DNA from: Mytilus californianus | Taxonomy: Eukaryota | Length of the DNA: 64,000 nt | Assembly (NCBI RefSeq): GCF_021869535.1 | Contig: NW_026262669.1 | Location: 7,688,001-7,752,000 of the forward strand | Direction: 5' to 3' | Shown here: in pieces, positions 51,947 through 64,000 of the stretch | Layout of the letters: each line of letters starts with the position of its first letter | Numbering within the stretch: position 1 is the first letter of the stretch | The notes under the pieces: generated by a model | What the model was told of the DNA's origin: nothing | Database searches by the model: none | The model's input: only the letters and a program-made list of their open reading frames with translations | Program-made: the position numbers and the translations under genes

Positions 51947-52656
51947 TCCATACTCAGTCAAAATGACACAATTGGAAACTATAAACAAGCAAAACTAAGT
52001 TCTGTTGTTTAAGTTTGAAAATTTTTTTTTGTAATTCAGAATATGTATGTGATTATAGAAGTACAATATATGGACTATATAACATGCACGCAACCGTTCA
52101 AGGAGATTATGTCAAAGTAATAATACATGAAGACTATTTTTAAACTACTTGACCTTAATCTAAAATATATCTTCATTCCAGTTAATTAACTATGACTTCT
52201 TTGACGAATAGAACTTTTTCTAAATCCTGATAAAAAAGATTATTCTGGCAGTTCTGAAGACAAGTTGGGACTGATCCCATGCACCCACTCACCATCGTGT
52301 TTTACAATGTTTTAGCTTTTCAAAGTATTAAAAAGGGTCTCTGAATAGTTTGTTTAAATATCATAAAAAACATACATTGCAATGCCATAAAGTAAAAAAT
52401 ATAACGATGAATGAAACATTAATATTTATGGTTCAGGAAATTACTCGTATATAGAAGATTGAATTCTATAGCTGATTCTTTTCAGTCATAAACACCGGAT
52501 CAATGATTAAGCTCCAAAGAAATATGATATTTTAGGAATACTAGTAAATAAAATTTACAATTCGCCTAGTGTTCTCAGAAATGTAGGTTAATCTTGACCG
52601 AGAATGGCGACTTCATTAGTTTTGATAACTAATATATAACGAAAAGAAACACTTAA

Positions 52657-53224
52657 GGTTTATCATAACCTCTTGGCTGATATGGCCTTATTTTCACCAC
52701 AAATTTTACTCTGAGTACAGACAAACCTGTGCACCTGGAAAAGTTTTTAGACATGGCAGTAACTAGATATTTTAAAAAGCATTTTATGTTTCAGAAAATT
52801 ATAAACTTTTCTGGATTTTGCTATTCATTTTTTTTTTATTCCTGCAGAAGGTGCCATAATAAACCAAGTTTGAGAAGCTCCCCTCATATAATAAATGTAA
52901 TGAGTAGTATTGATTTAAATGAACAATAGATGGACAATAGATATCTGCAAACAATAGGTGATTTAAACTGTGTAACTGAGTGGACCGTATCAAATTAAAC
53001 TCTTGTGTTTGTTTGTTTTTTTGCTATCTTCTGCACACTGTAACAAAAATGCACATCAAAATCCAGGTAAGTTTTTAATTTTCTGAAACATAAACTACAT
53101 TGAACTTTTATATATCTAGGTCCTGCCATGCTTAAAATTTTCCTAGAAGCATCAGTTTGTCTGTACTCGTAGTAGGTGTTATGGTTTAAACACGACCATA
53201 TTTTTTAATTCCTTTTGATGAACC
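52657..53224. mobile_element. Kolobok-like fold-back element with long imperfect inverted arms
   Basis: TTAA|GGTTTATCAT ... ATGAACC|TTAG. Internal arms GAGTACAGACAAAC...ATGTTTCAGAAAATT...CTGGATTTTG match the reverse complement at about 53055-53170. Confidence 0.55.
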
Positions 53225-54076
53225 TTAGTTTTACTCTTTTCATAAATGACGAATATCACGATACACGGAATTAATTAAAAAGTTTATTGACCTACTCTGT
53301 TCTCAAAACGCAAACCAAATACGGGAAAGTTGAAGGATCAACAATTTAATAAGCTCCAGTTTCTGTCATAATCAGTGATTGTCTTCTTTTATATTTTGAC
53401 ACGCCTACTTTTAAAATAGTACAAACGGTACTACTTTACTGTGCCTGATGTCCATTTTGACAATTATTGTTTCATCAGTGATGCTCCTTGCCAAAATATT
53501 AAAAAATCCACAACCTTAAACAAAAGTTAAAGAGCTGTTACAAAGGACAATAAGTAAAGCCATAAAAGTGAGAAGGTTAAACTATTTGAAAAAGCGCATA
53601 TGTGCTGCTTTTGTGACAGACAAGTGCATTACACAATATTTCGTTGTCCCATTATAACATGATGGAATTTTTTTTTATGAAATCAGCAACTGGTTTAACA
53701 TGAAAATTTTTTAAGTACTTTAAAAGTTTGTTTCATGGAATTCAGTAATTCACACATCTTCAGTAATGTCGAATGCTGAACTATTTGATAATACAAAATA
53801 TAATACAAATGTTTGAAGCGTTAATAAAATCTATTAATATTAAAGAAAATGATCTATTTTAAAATTTAGTTTTTGAATGAATTCAGTAATTTACTTGTCG
53901 ATATTATATAAGATAATTTAATGTGGGATGTGAGACAAGCAGACAACAAACTAAGCACATACACACACAAGACAAAAAAACGTCAAAAAAGTTTTTAGCA
54001 AAGATATATGTGCCTTTATCATAATTGTGTCAAACTTTAAATAAACTCACCATAAACTCAAGGGTTAAAATTCTAT

Positions 54077-54122
54077 AGGCCGGACGCACGTTTCGTCTAA
54101 AAAAAAGACTCATCAGTAACGC
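54077..54122 (-). ncRNA. Minimal hammerhead ribozyme motif
   Basis: Minus strand GCGTTA-CTGATGA-GTCT-ttttttt-AGAC-GAAAC-GTGC-GTC-CGGCCT: intact core and stem II, weakened stem I. Confidence 0.75.
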
Positions 54123-54693
54123 TCGAATAAAAAAAAAAGTTAAAAAGGCCACAATAAAATACAGACAAAATAATCGTTATCGTACAACTTCTAACGCGCA
54201 CATAGTTAGTCCACAAGGCGCGGAAAGCATGTAGAAGAGGTGTAGTGTTGTTTTTGTTTTTGTATAAATATTCATCATTTTTGTCATCCTTTCCTTTTTC
54301 ATTTCTTTAATTTATATTCTATGCAAGTTTGATTGCTTATTATTCTCGCATACACCTACGTCTGGTTGTACCAAGCTTAGTGTATGGACGAAGGGAAGAA
54401 TATAAATCACTTAATTTAATATTATTTCATTTCTCAAACAAAATGCTATATTGAGTCTATTATAAACGTATTACAACGATATATTACTTAGTCACAATGC
54501 ATTATTCAGTCAGATATAACGTAAAGAGCAATTAAAGCATAAACATATATATATAAAACGCAAATAAAAGAATTTAAATGATGATTTTATAGCCAACATT
54601 CAGAATTGAAACAACAATGAACACGATCAGAACTAAAACGGTTTTGTAATAAAAAAGGTACTGATTTACAATTGTATACTGTTTTTTCAAATG

Positions 54694-55135
54694 AATCATT
54701 TGCCAAATATGGGCAACCAGATGATATTTACAAATTTTGATATAAATCATTTGCCGAACATGGGCAATCAGATGATATTGACAAATTTTGACATAAATCA
54801 TTTGCCAAACATGGGCAACCAGATGATATTGACAAATTTTGACAAAAATTATTTGCCAAACATGGGCAATCAGATGATATTGACAAATTTTGACATAAAT
54901 CATTTGCCAAACATGGGCAATCAGATGATATTGAAAACATTTTGACATAAATCATTTGCCAAACATGGGCAACCAGATGATATTGACAAATTTTGACATA
55001 AATCATTTGCCAAACATGGGCAACCAGATGATATTTACAAATTTTGACATAAATCATTTGCCAAACATTGGCAACCAGATGATATTGACAAAGTTTGATA
55101 TAAATCATTTGCCAAACATGGGATACCAGATGATA
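54694..55135. repeat. Minisatellite, 51-bp unit, about 8.7 copies
   Basis: Unit ATGGGCAACCAGATGATATTGACAAATTTTGACATAAATCATTTGCCAAAC; explains the 17-aa periodic ORFs on both strands. Confidence 0.97.
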
Positions 55136-55522
55136 TGTGTATATTTACCATCTCGTTACTGTGTGTATATTTACAAACTCGTTTCTGTGTGTATATTTAC
55201 CAACTTGTTACTGTGTGTATATTTACCAATATGTTACTGGTGTGTATATGTACCAACTTGTTACTGTGTGTATATTTACCAATATGTTACTGTGTGTATA
55301 TTTACCAATATGTTACTGTGTGTATATTTACCAACTCGTTACTGTGTGTATATTTACCAACTCGTTTCTGTGTGTATATTTACCAACTTGTTACTGTGTG
55401 TATATTTACCAATATGTTACTGTGTGTATATTTACCAACTCGTTTCTGTGTGTATATTTACAAACTCATTATTTTGTATATATATACCAACTTGTTACTG
55501 TGTGTATATTTACCAACTCGTT
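55136..55522. repeat. Minisatellite, 26-bp unit, about 15 copies
   Basis: Unit TGTGTGTATATTTACCAACTYGTTAC; three units give the 26-aa periodicity seen in all three + frames. Confidence 0.97.
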
Positions 55523-58500
55523 CGCTAAACCCGTGTCTGAAATGACGTTATAGATTTCTTGAAAAAATCTCTGTATAACTGGTAAATTATTATGTCACGG
55601 TTTTCCTTTCCATAAATTACTTAAAATTTTAAATAATTTCTTTAATATATACAAATATTTTTTTGAAGTACGCCTGTACCTGTAGAATTCTTATTAACAA
55701 AACGGGATATCACATGCTACTTTTTACGGTAATGAAGTTTATAAAGCAGGTACATTTAAATGTGATTTAAGTATATGTACATATCCTTTGAATAAGTGTA
55801 TTCTTTAGTGATATCATTTTAACACCGTAGTAAGATAATTGAATATGATTTGTATTGACACTGACACTGGATTTTTGTTTTTAGTTATGGTCCTAAACCA
55901 TGTCGATACTGTGTACTTATATTTTGACAGTGCAGACTGTTGATGATGTCTTTTCAGTAGCTTTCAGTAATTACGAGTACTTTTAGATCGAAACTTGTTT
56001 TAGTGGTTCATGCCGATTTTATCAGTCATGTCAGATCCAGCTGTCTTTTGCAGTTTGATCTTGTGTTTGGGCTGTTATACCATTGTTCCAGGTAAGGGGA
56101 GGGTTGGGAGCCCGCAAAAATGTTTAGCTCCCGCAACATTCGATGTGTGGTTGTATGTACCTGTCCAAAATCCGGAGCCTGTAATTTAATGGTTGTCGTT
56201 GGTAACTGTCTGATATATATATCGCCAATCCTGGGACTAACAGATAAATGCAATAGTACCAGATAAATGAGAAAAAAATTCGTTTGAAATTTTTTTACAA
56301 TTTGTCTTGTCAAGTTACGACCACAATAATGATTGTAAAATATAATGATTTTCCTATGATTTGCAAATAAATTTATCCGTGTGTTGTTCCGTTTACTTAA
56401 ACTCGTTAACTAGAGGCTTTTTTTCACCGGACTCCCGACTATTAGACGTAGTTATTAACCTTGATATCACATTTTAACACAACATTAAACAGAAATTTTA
56501 ATTATTGTGAGAACATCAGAGTCTCTAAGACATGTTTTCGTCTAAAAGCATGACAAAATTTTAGTTAATATGTATGTTCACAATATATTTATAGTAAATT
56601 TGAAAACGACACTTTTTTAAAGGACCATTACTCTACTACATACTGTGTATTTAAAATAAAACACGCCCACTGATTTCAATAAATATTAAATATACACGGT
56701 CACCACGTGTTCGCTGTTGATCAATGAATATTCATAGATTTGTATTAGTAAGTAAGATAAGGTATGTTACACCTATGTGGTTCATATTAGACAACGAAGC
56801 TACTGTATGTACTGACTAATGGTTTCTTAATCGGAATTGTAATATAATTTATTAACAAGTTTTACGAGCACTAGCACGGTTTTTGAGTTGACGTTTAGGT
56901 GATATCATCGTCATAATTGTGACAACATTAGAATTTCCTTTCTTGTAATCATTATTAATTTCCTACATGGTATCATACGTTTTATAATTTCTCAAAAAAC
57001 AATTGTTTTATTCTTATATTTTCAGCCTTAACATTTGCTATTTTCCTGCAAATTCACCATGTTTGGAACACGATGATTTCATTCATATGATTGTATTGCG
57101 CATGAACATTTCACAGTTAAGTCGACATGGTACATGTAGTGTTTATATAGAGAATAATACATGACAAAATCCGTATCACATGCCGTATCATCCTGAGATA
57201 CCAATATCAGCCCAAGGGCCTTTTATACGCTTTATCATATATTTAAACAGGAGAGTATATAGCAACAGTCCGAGAGACTCCGTATAGAATACAAACGAGA
57301 AATCCGAGTAGGGGTGCGATAAAGGGGTGGGATAAAGGGTAGACATGCGATAAAGGGGTATGATAAAGGAAGCGCATCAAAGTTGAGCGATACGGATTAA
57401 ACAGCAAGCTATTTATCAAATATTCAAAACTACTGTATTTACCACTAAATATATGATAAAGTGTTTATATAGTTTGCGAATACGGTTTCTGCAACTTGGT
57501 CCACCGAAGCGTAAACCAATAAAAACTAAAACGGTCAATGCAATTCAAGTATGTGTAGATATTCAAATCATATGTGAATTAAAACCAAATGTGACTTACC
57601 AACAGATTTTCAAAAACGACAGGTGCAATTACTGGAGCGCTCAATGTCGTCCCTGGTATAAGTTGAATGTGTGTTCAGTGTTCTGCTTTTTCCAGCATTT
57701 TTGCTTGTGACTGTGACTCTTTTTTTTATTGCACTACATGCACTAGTAGTAGAGTGACAAATCAAGAAAAAGGTGCTTATTTTACGACTTTTAGGGACCG
57801 GCATAACTACAGGCTGAGAATGATTTTTTTGCAAAGCCAATACATTTATCTTTCTTTTTCACCCGGTCGTAGACATTTCGTACGGGGCAGTTTTTCATAA
57901 AATGGAAAATAAAAGACATGTTGATTTTTTCATTCAAAATGCAACTCGACAAACTATTTAAGTTTGTCTCTTTTTATAGTCACCAAACGCCTGATTTTGC
58001 ATTTAATGAAGAGTTTGAGTACTAATTTATATTGTAAAACTATAATTTCTTCTAGTTTGCCTTATTTTTGTCCGTTTTTACTCAGTTTTAAGAATATGCA
58101 GTCTGTTCTATTTCAGCGGAGTGGTTACAACATTTGTAAATTTTCATTGCATCGATATCTTCCATATTTGTATGGCTAAAAAGTAAAAAAACTTTATTTT
58201 TTACAGTTATGAGACCTCTCCGGCCCGTTTTTTTCTAATAAATTCACGTTTTCGACATATTTGAGTACACATAATTATTCTCTAAATTTACGGATTAATT
58301 TCTACTTCCGATACGATGTAGATTTACTTTTAATTGCCGAATCGCTTTAGAAATTCATCATACTATTGTTCGTGTTTTTGCCAATTAAACATGACAGTAT
58401 TGATAATTTTGTATCACAGGTTTATTTGCTAATGTTTTAAACAGAATTTGACTGATAAATTTTTGCCAACAATAAAAATCAAATTGGAGCGGATAAGTGT

Positions 58501-59739
58501 CTTCCCGGGAATATATACCTACGTTTTTAATTTTACTCGGAGTTAAGTATCTTTGTGATTTTACTTTTTTAGTAGTCCACTAATGCAAGATTTTTTCAAT
58601 TATTTGTACTAGTCTGTTCTATCCATAAAAAAATGCACATGCCTTCTGACTGGACTGATATTATGTTCTTCAAGCACAAATCGTAGAAACGCGACAAAAA
58701 TGAAAATCTGCGTTTCACTGAATCTGACGAAGGGCTCCAAAGAATAATAAAATTATCTAAACGACATTAAGAAAAAAAAACCTTTTCACAAAGCCGTTTG
58801 ATACATATCTTGCATTGTTATTTTTTTTAACTTAGCAATCCGAAGAAAGAAGATTTAACGATGAGTTGAATGTTTTACCTGAACGAGAAGGTTTCTCATT
58901 GCCTGTTTTGTGCTATTCTTGAAGACTTTCTTGTGCACAAAAAAGCCTTCTTCATGTCTTTCTTTTGATGAAATACTGATAATTAATGCTGCTTCCTACT
59001 TCATCAATTGAAAATAAAGTAGGATTCAGCCAAACTACAGTGTGTGTTTGAAAAAACCTTTATGCAAAATCAGTCGTTATACGGAAAAAAAGGGCAGGAA
59101 AAATCAATTGTTTGGTTTCAGTTTTTCACTGATTTTGGAAGCCTTTCAAGCAGCTAACTATGTAGAATAGGGATAAAGGCTGACAGAAATTGAAACTGAA
59201 ATTGAGACAATAACTAGCAATGATGACCACACATTACATACAGCTACTTCAATAGTTCCTACTTAAATGTAGTCATTAGAAACAACAAATGGGAATTACC
59301 CAACAACATGTGAAATATCTATTTCATATCCAATTCAACACTGCTTGCTTGCTTAAGAAGTTCTGATTGTGGATAGTTTCTTGCAGTGGTTAGGGTATTT
59401 ACTTCTGATTTTTTTGACGACAAGAAGTCTAAAGTCGTAGCAATAGCAGAATGTATAGTTACATTAAGCAACTGTTTTTTATAGCATTTGATCTAAAATT
59501 GGCATTACAACTACACAATGACTTTTGATAAAAATAATGTAAATGACAATCTAAATTCCCATGGCTTTCGTGCATGATACTCGGAGGTACGAAAATATTT
59601 CACTAGGTCACAGAATTAAAATATGCAAAATAAAAACATGTCATCTCTACCTTATGGTATTGCTGCATTTGAAGAAGGTGTTCATATAAAATAAGCGGGA
59701 GCTTATTATATTGACATCAATGCTGAGTCAATTGATGGC

Positions 59740-61560
59740 AAATAAAGGCAACAGTAGTATACCGCTGTTCGAAACTCATTAATCGATAGAGATAAAAACA
59801 AATCCGGGTTACAAGCTAAAACTGAGGGAAACGCATCAAATAAGAGGAGAACAACGACACAATAAAAGCACAACATTAAAATGTAACACACACGGAAACG
59901 AACTATAATATAACAATGGCCATTTTCCTGACTTGGTACTGGACATTTTAAGAAAAAAATGGTGGGTTGAACCTGGTTTTGTGGCATGCCAAACCTCCCG
60001 CTTTCATGGCAACGTCAAACACAACACCAAAACGACAACATCACATGACAGGACCCCAATACAAATAAATGGGAGAACATATAGGACAAAGAAACACACG
60101 AATAATAGCTAACAAAAGGTACTAGGCTTAAAATTCAATACGCCAGACGTGCGTCTCGTCCACACAAGACCAACCAGTGATGCTCAGATGAAAAAAGTTT
60201 GAAAGCCAAAACAAGTACAAGGCTGAAGAGCACCGAGGACCAAAACTTCCAAAAAGTTGCGCCTAACACGGCCAGGGTTTTCTGCCTGGGACAAGAACAT
60301 CCTTATTATTTAGAATAATTTATAATTTAGCAAACAGTAAATTTTATAAAATGACTATATAATAGATATACATGATAAAACCAAAGTGGGGACTAACTAC
60401 AGAATAAAAACGGATACATTACATAAAACAAATTAATCCAACACATAAAATTACACAGCTGAGTTAGCCAAAGCCTCAACGCACAAAGTGACGTCGCATT
60501 TGAAATTCTAAAACAACACACAAAGTGACGTACCATTTGAATTTGTAAAAATATTTCCCAAAAATAAGATAGGATTAGGATTGATTCAAGATTAGATTTG
60601 TAATACTGACATTACATTTATTAATAACAATGAAAATTACAATACTTATTAATATCAAATTGTGGTAGTAATTAGATAATTAATTGTATTATCTAGCTAT
60701 GTCGGTGTTTTTTCTGAATCAAACTGTAAACCAAATATATCGTATAGATTTCGTTGAACCAACCTAAAATCTAATAAATGAAGGGGATGATTAATTATCT
60801 TTACCATAATACACGAATATAACAGAAAAGACGTTAAGACATTTGACAAAATCCGACGAGAATAACAAATATAACATCAAAATTAAATACATGAATTTGG
60901 GATAGAAAAGTACCGTGACAAGTCTTATTGCAATGCGGTTTCACACTCAGCAAAACATTCACAATCGGGAATAAGTCACGTTCGGTAATTAAAAGATCAG
61001 ACGACGTAATGACAAACCACAATCTAACACGTGGTAAAAATGTCCTTAGTTAGTTTGGACAAAGACACATCGTATGGACTAACCAATTCGTGATGGTGTC
61101 CGTAAAATTTACGGAGTATCATTTTTAATCTGTCCTCCTCATAACTTTGTTGGAGCAGTTTCTACGTAAGAAACACACTCATGTATATGAAGTCCGTATA
61201 GTGTGAACAAGCACGAGAATAACGTATCAATTGAGATATGTAAACACCATACGAAGGGGCAAAGGGTATGTTACTGCTAAAAAATGGGAAATTGATAATT
61301 GGGAAGTTGAAATCGTCCCGTTTATCATAGATTTTCGTGTGAAGTCGTCCATCTGTGTCAATATTGAGGAAAAGATCAAGGTATGAAGCAGTCCTTCTAG
61401 TATCAGTAGTATCCTTAATTTCAAGTTCACTGGGATATATGAGATGTAAGTATTGGCTGAAATATGGGTTTTTCAATCGCAAAATACTTTTCACTTCAAA
61501 CTTATGACTGTCTTTCAGTAGAAAACAGACGCTACAAACACTATCAAAATTTGCTTTAAA
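59740..61560 (-). mobile_element. 5'-truncated Penelope-like element remnant: RT end, 3' UTR, hammerhead module, family B module
   Basis: 61085-61490 reads YFSQYLHLIYPSELEIKDTTD...KIYDKRDDFNF...YGVYISQLIRYSRAC, nearly the same as 24360-24700. The 3' UTR at 60830-61080 matches 24780-24950. The module order resembles 23350-25740. Confidence 0.65.
60140..60183 (-). ncRNA. Hammerhead motif inactivated by clustered A>G changes
   Basis: Minus strand GCATCA-CTGGTTG-GTCttgtgtgGAC-GAGAC-GCAC-GTC-TGGCGT versus CTGATGA and GAAAC in the 11533 and 54077 copies. Confidence 0.7.
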
Positions 61561-64000
61561 ATTCAACTTGAACTAGACAGATCTTTAACGTTTGATGATT
61601 CTAATAATAAACTTATATATGCTTACCAACCGACAAGCTAAAAAAACGTATTGACTTCATTTTTTATATGATTATGGGGAGATTCAGTTTTGTTTTAAGT
61701 AAAAATTCGATTCTTCGGACAAGTCTTACATATTTATCCAACTTATTCCAAACAAACCTTAGATCTAATACCTATTTCTGCAGAAAACACTTTCGAAATT
61801 TACCCAATTCGGAAGGGAGGACAGCTTTTACAAAGGATGTCAGAGTTCAAATTTGTATATACGTTTCTACCTTATGCTCCAGTCACATATACCAAAAATA
61901 GCAACAGCTTTTTGTATAAATATCACTATGAAATAGTGTTTGGATATATTCAGCAAAATGCTGTGCAAACGTTTGACCAGCAATTGCATGCTGGTTCCCA
62001 ATAAGAAATATGGTCTATGACAGACGTTTATAGTCCCACATTATAAGAATGTAAGAATGCCATGGGCCTTCTTATTTTATAGCAACAGTTAGTAAGTTAT
62101 TAACATCAGCTGGGCTAGATGATATCTGTGTTGACTCTGTAGTTTATGCTCGCAATACAGTAAGCATCATTATTTGCGAACTGTTTAATCGTAGTGTCCT
62201 AAAATTAATAATTCCCCTATGATGCTCTCATATCTCCATTATTTAAAGCTTTTTACAATTGATATAGAAACACAAACTGTATAAAAAGCATTGAACCAAA
62301 AGTATGGACGCCGTTTTGACTGTCGAAGATCATGTTTTGTCTTATCCAAAAGCATTAAAGGCATTGATGATTTCTTTATTGTTCAAAAGATCACATATTT
62401 GCATGAAGAATTGAGAACTTATATCGGTTTTCTTCAAGCATCTATGTCATCATATTTCCTTCAAGAACCTTGTTTTACATGCAAGGGTAAAGAGCTTGAA
62501 ATAAATGTTGTGTATTCAACATACAGAGTTCGGCTTGCCCAAGTATTTGATCGTGTAGAGGGACCGAGGCACGTAGGAATCATCTTGCTCACCAAACAAT
62601 TTCTGAAGAAGACGAGGATGAAAACGATGTCTGAACAAAATATGTAAAGTCAGAAATTTTGGAGATTTATGTCGTATACATACACTACAGTAGAACTCAT
62701 GGATGGTGTTTACATCTTTAACTATGTTTAATGTTTAAACCCAGATAAGAACAATGAGAAGCCCGGTTTTCTGAAAAGGTTATGCACTTTGCATTTAAAG
62801 CATCCTTACATCAACTCTTTCTGAGGACTTCATAGTAGTCTGCTGATGACAAAATTCCTGCCATATAATCTCAATGTTCACAACAGAAAAACCATTTTAT
62901 TCAGTTACTTAGTGAAATATTTGCCGCTTGCAACCGGTATATATTTCAACAAAAACAAAATAAACTTCGATTCTTCTTAGGCAACTGCGTGAAAAACAAT
63001 AAATATATCTTTAAATGTACAGGTAGTGTAAAAAATATCAATTGAAAGCCATTTCCTGATTTGTCTTTGCCTTTTCTTGTTGCCCACCTATATTTCCCTA
63101 AATATGGGCTTGTGATGATTAATTTTTTTTTTCAAATTGACTCGAAAGTGAACTGATTTTGTTTATTCTTTCATTAAAAGGAGTAATGTCTGGTCTATTT
63201 CACATTTCAGATATTATTTCCTGACTTTTTACACTAACGAAAAACTAATCTTCCGAACTTTGACCTGAAATTTTACAAATTTGCACCATTTTGTGATTCT
63301 ACGACCAGGCAAAATATAAAGTTTAAACATTTCTTTAAACGAAATTTCATAATTTAACCTGCAGTTAGGGTGGTCCATTAAAGTTGAAAATTTGTTGGCT
63401 TCGTCACTCCACTATAGAGCCTTACAACTCAGTCAGGCAACAATGTCCTTTGAATATCTTTACTTTTTGGCTACTAGTGTGTGTGTCTCGTTATTCAGGA
63501 AAACGTGACTTGTCCAATTAATAAATTCTATACGTTTGTATTACATGTTAATTTCATAATGTTGATTGATTGATTGATTGACTGATTGATAAAACAAATA
63601 CTTCATGCATATTTAAATTACCAATAAATACAATGCATACAGTTAGGTTATGCAAAGAAGCTTAATCGGGTTAAACGAGTCGGACAAATAATGTTGACCG
63701 TCACTGAAAAAAATGAAAAAATAGGCTACATACGAACTGAAGAAATATATAAAAATATATATTGTTTTATATTTTGCATAGCTTTTTTTACCTGACTAAG
63801 TTGTATGATTTTGCTTATTGTCACCGTACGGTGACCTATAGTTGTTAACGTCTATGTCATTCGGTCTCCAGTTGAGAGTTGTCTCATTGGTAATCATACC
63901 ACATCTTCTCTTTTTAATAAAGATGTACTGCCATTGAGATTCATCAAAAGGAATTGAAAAATATGGCTTTGTTTACACTACAAAATCTACTATGAGTAAA

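Noticed and set aside
54574-55553. Long repetitive Cys-rich ORFs on both strands
   Set aside because: They are translations of the 51-bp and 26-bp minisatellites: open in several frames, with frame-breaking indels and no splice or signal context.
62290-62650. Protein-like text on the minus strand (RHRFHPRLLQKLFGEQDDSYVPRSLYTIKYLGKP) and the 118-aa + ORF
   Set aside because: Multiple stops and no recognisable catalytic motif. Possibly a decayed transposon gene, but unsupported without a search.

Overview
AT-rich, repeat-dense animal genomic DNA, most likely a bivalve such as Mytilus. That assignment is my inference from the recurring repeat families, not a database result. Most ORFs in the supplied track are spurious or transposon-derived. 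One host gene can be assembled by hand on the + strand from exons 14631-14688, 21943-22129, 22643-22716, 26137-26208, a possible 6-nt micro-exon 28973-28978, and 30471-30658. All splice phases are compatible and give a ~194-aa secreted, Cys-rich protein with two RGD motifs and a cationic Arg/Tyr/His/Ser tail. The rest is mostly mobile DNA. A very young Penelope-like element (RT thumb plus C-terminal GIY-YIG) forms a 2.3-kb palindrome (4090-6378) with a variant hammerhead motif in each arm. There are several decayed fragments of a second Penelope-like RT family and dispersed minimal hammerhead ribozyme motifs. Also present are a young 5'-truncated CR1/L2-type LINE with a 12-bp TSD, a non-autonomous Helitron, Kolobok-like and TA-MITE elements, a tRNA-derived SINE, and four minisatellite arrays. 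The most unusual signal is a ~290-bp cluster of T>C changes (A>G on the ribozyme-sense strand) at 60005-60295. It looks like an ADAR-hyperedited RNA written back into the genome with its hammerhead core destroyed. All alignments were done by eye, so boundaries of decayed repeats are approximate.
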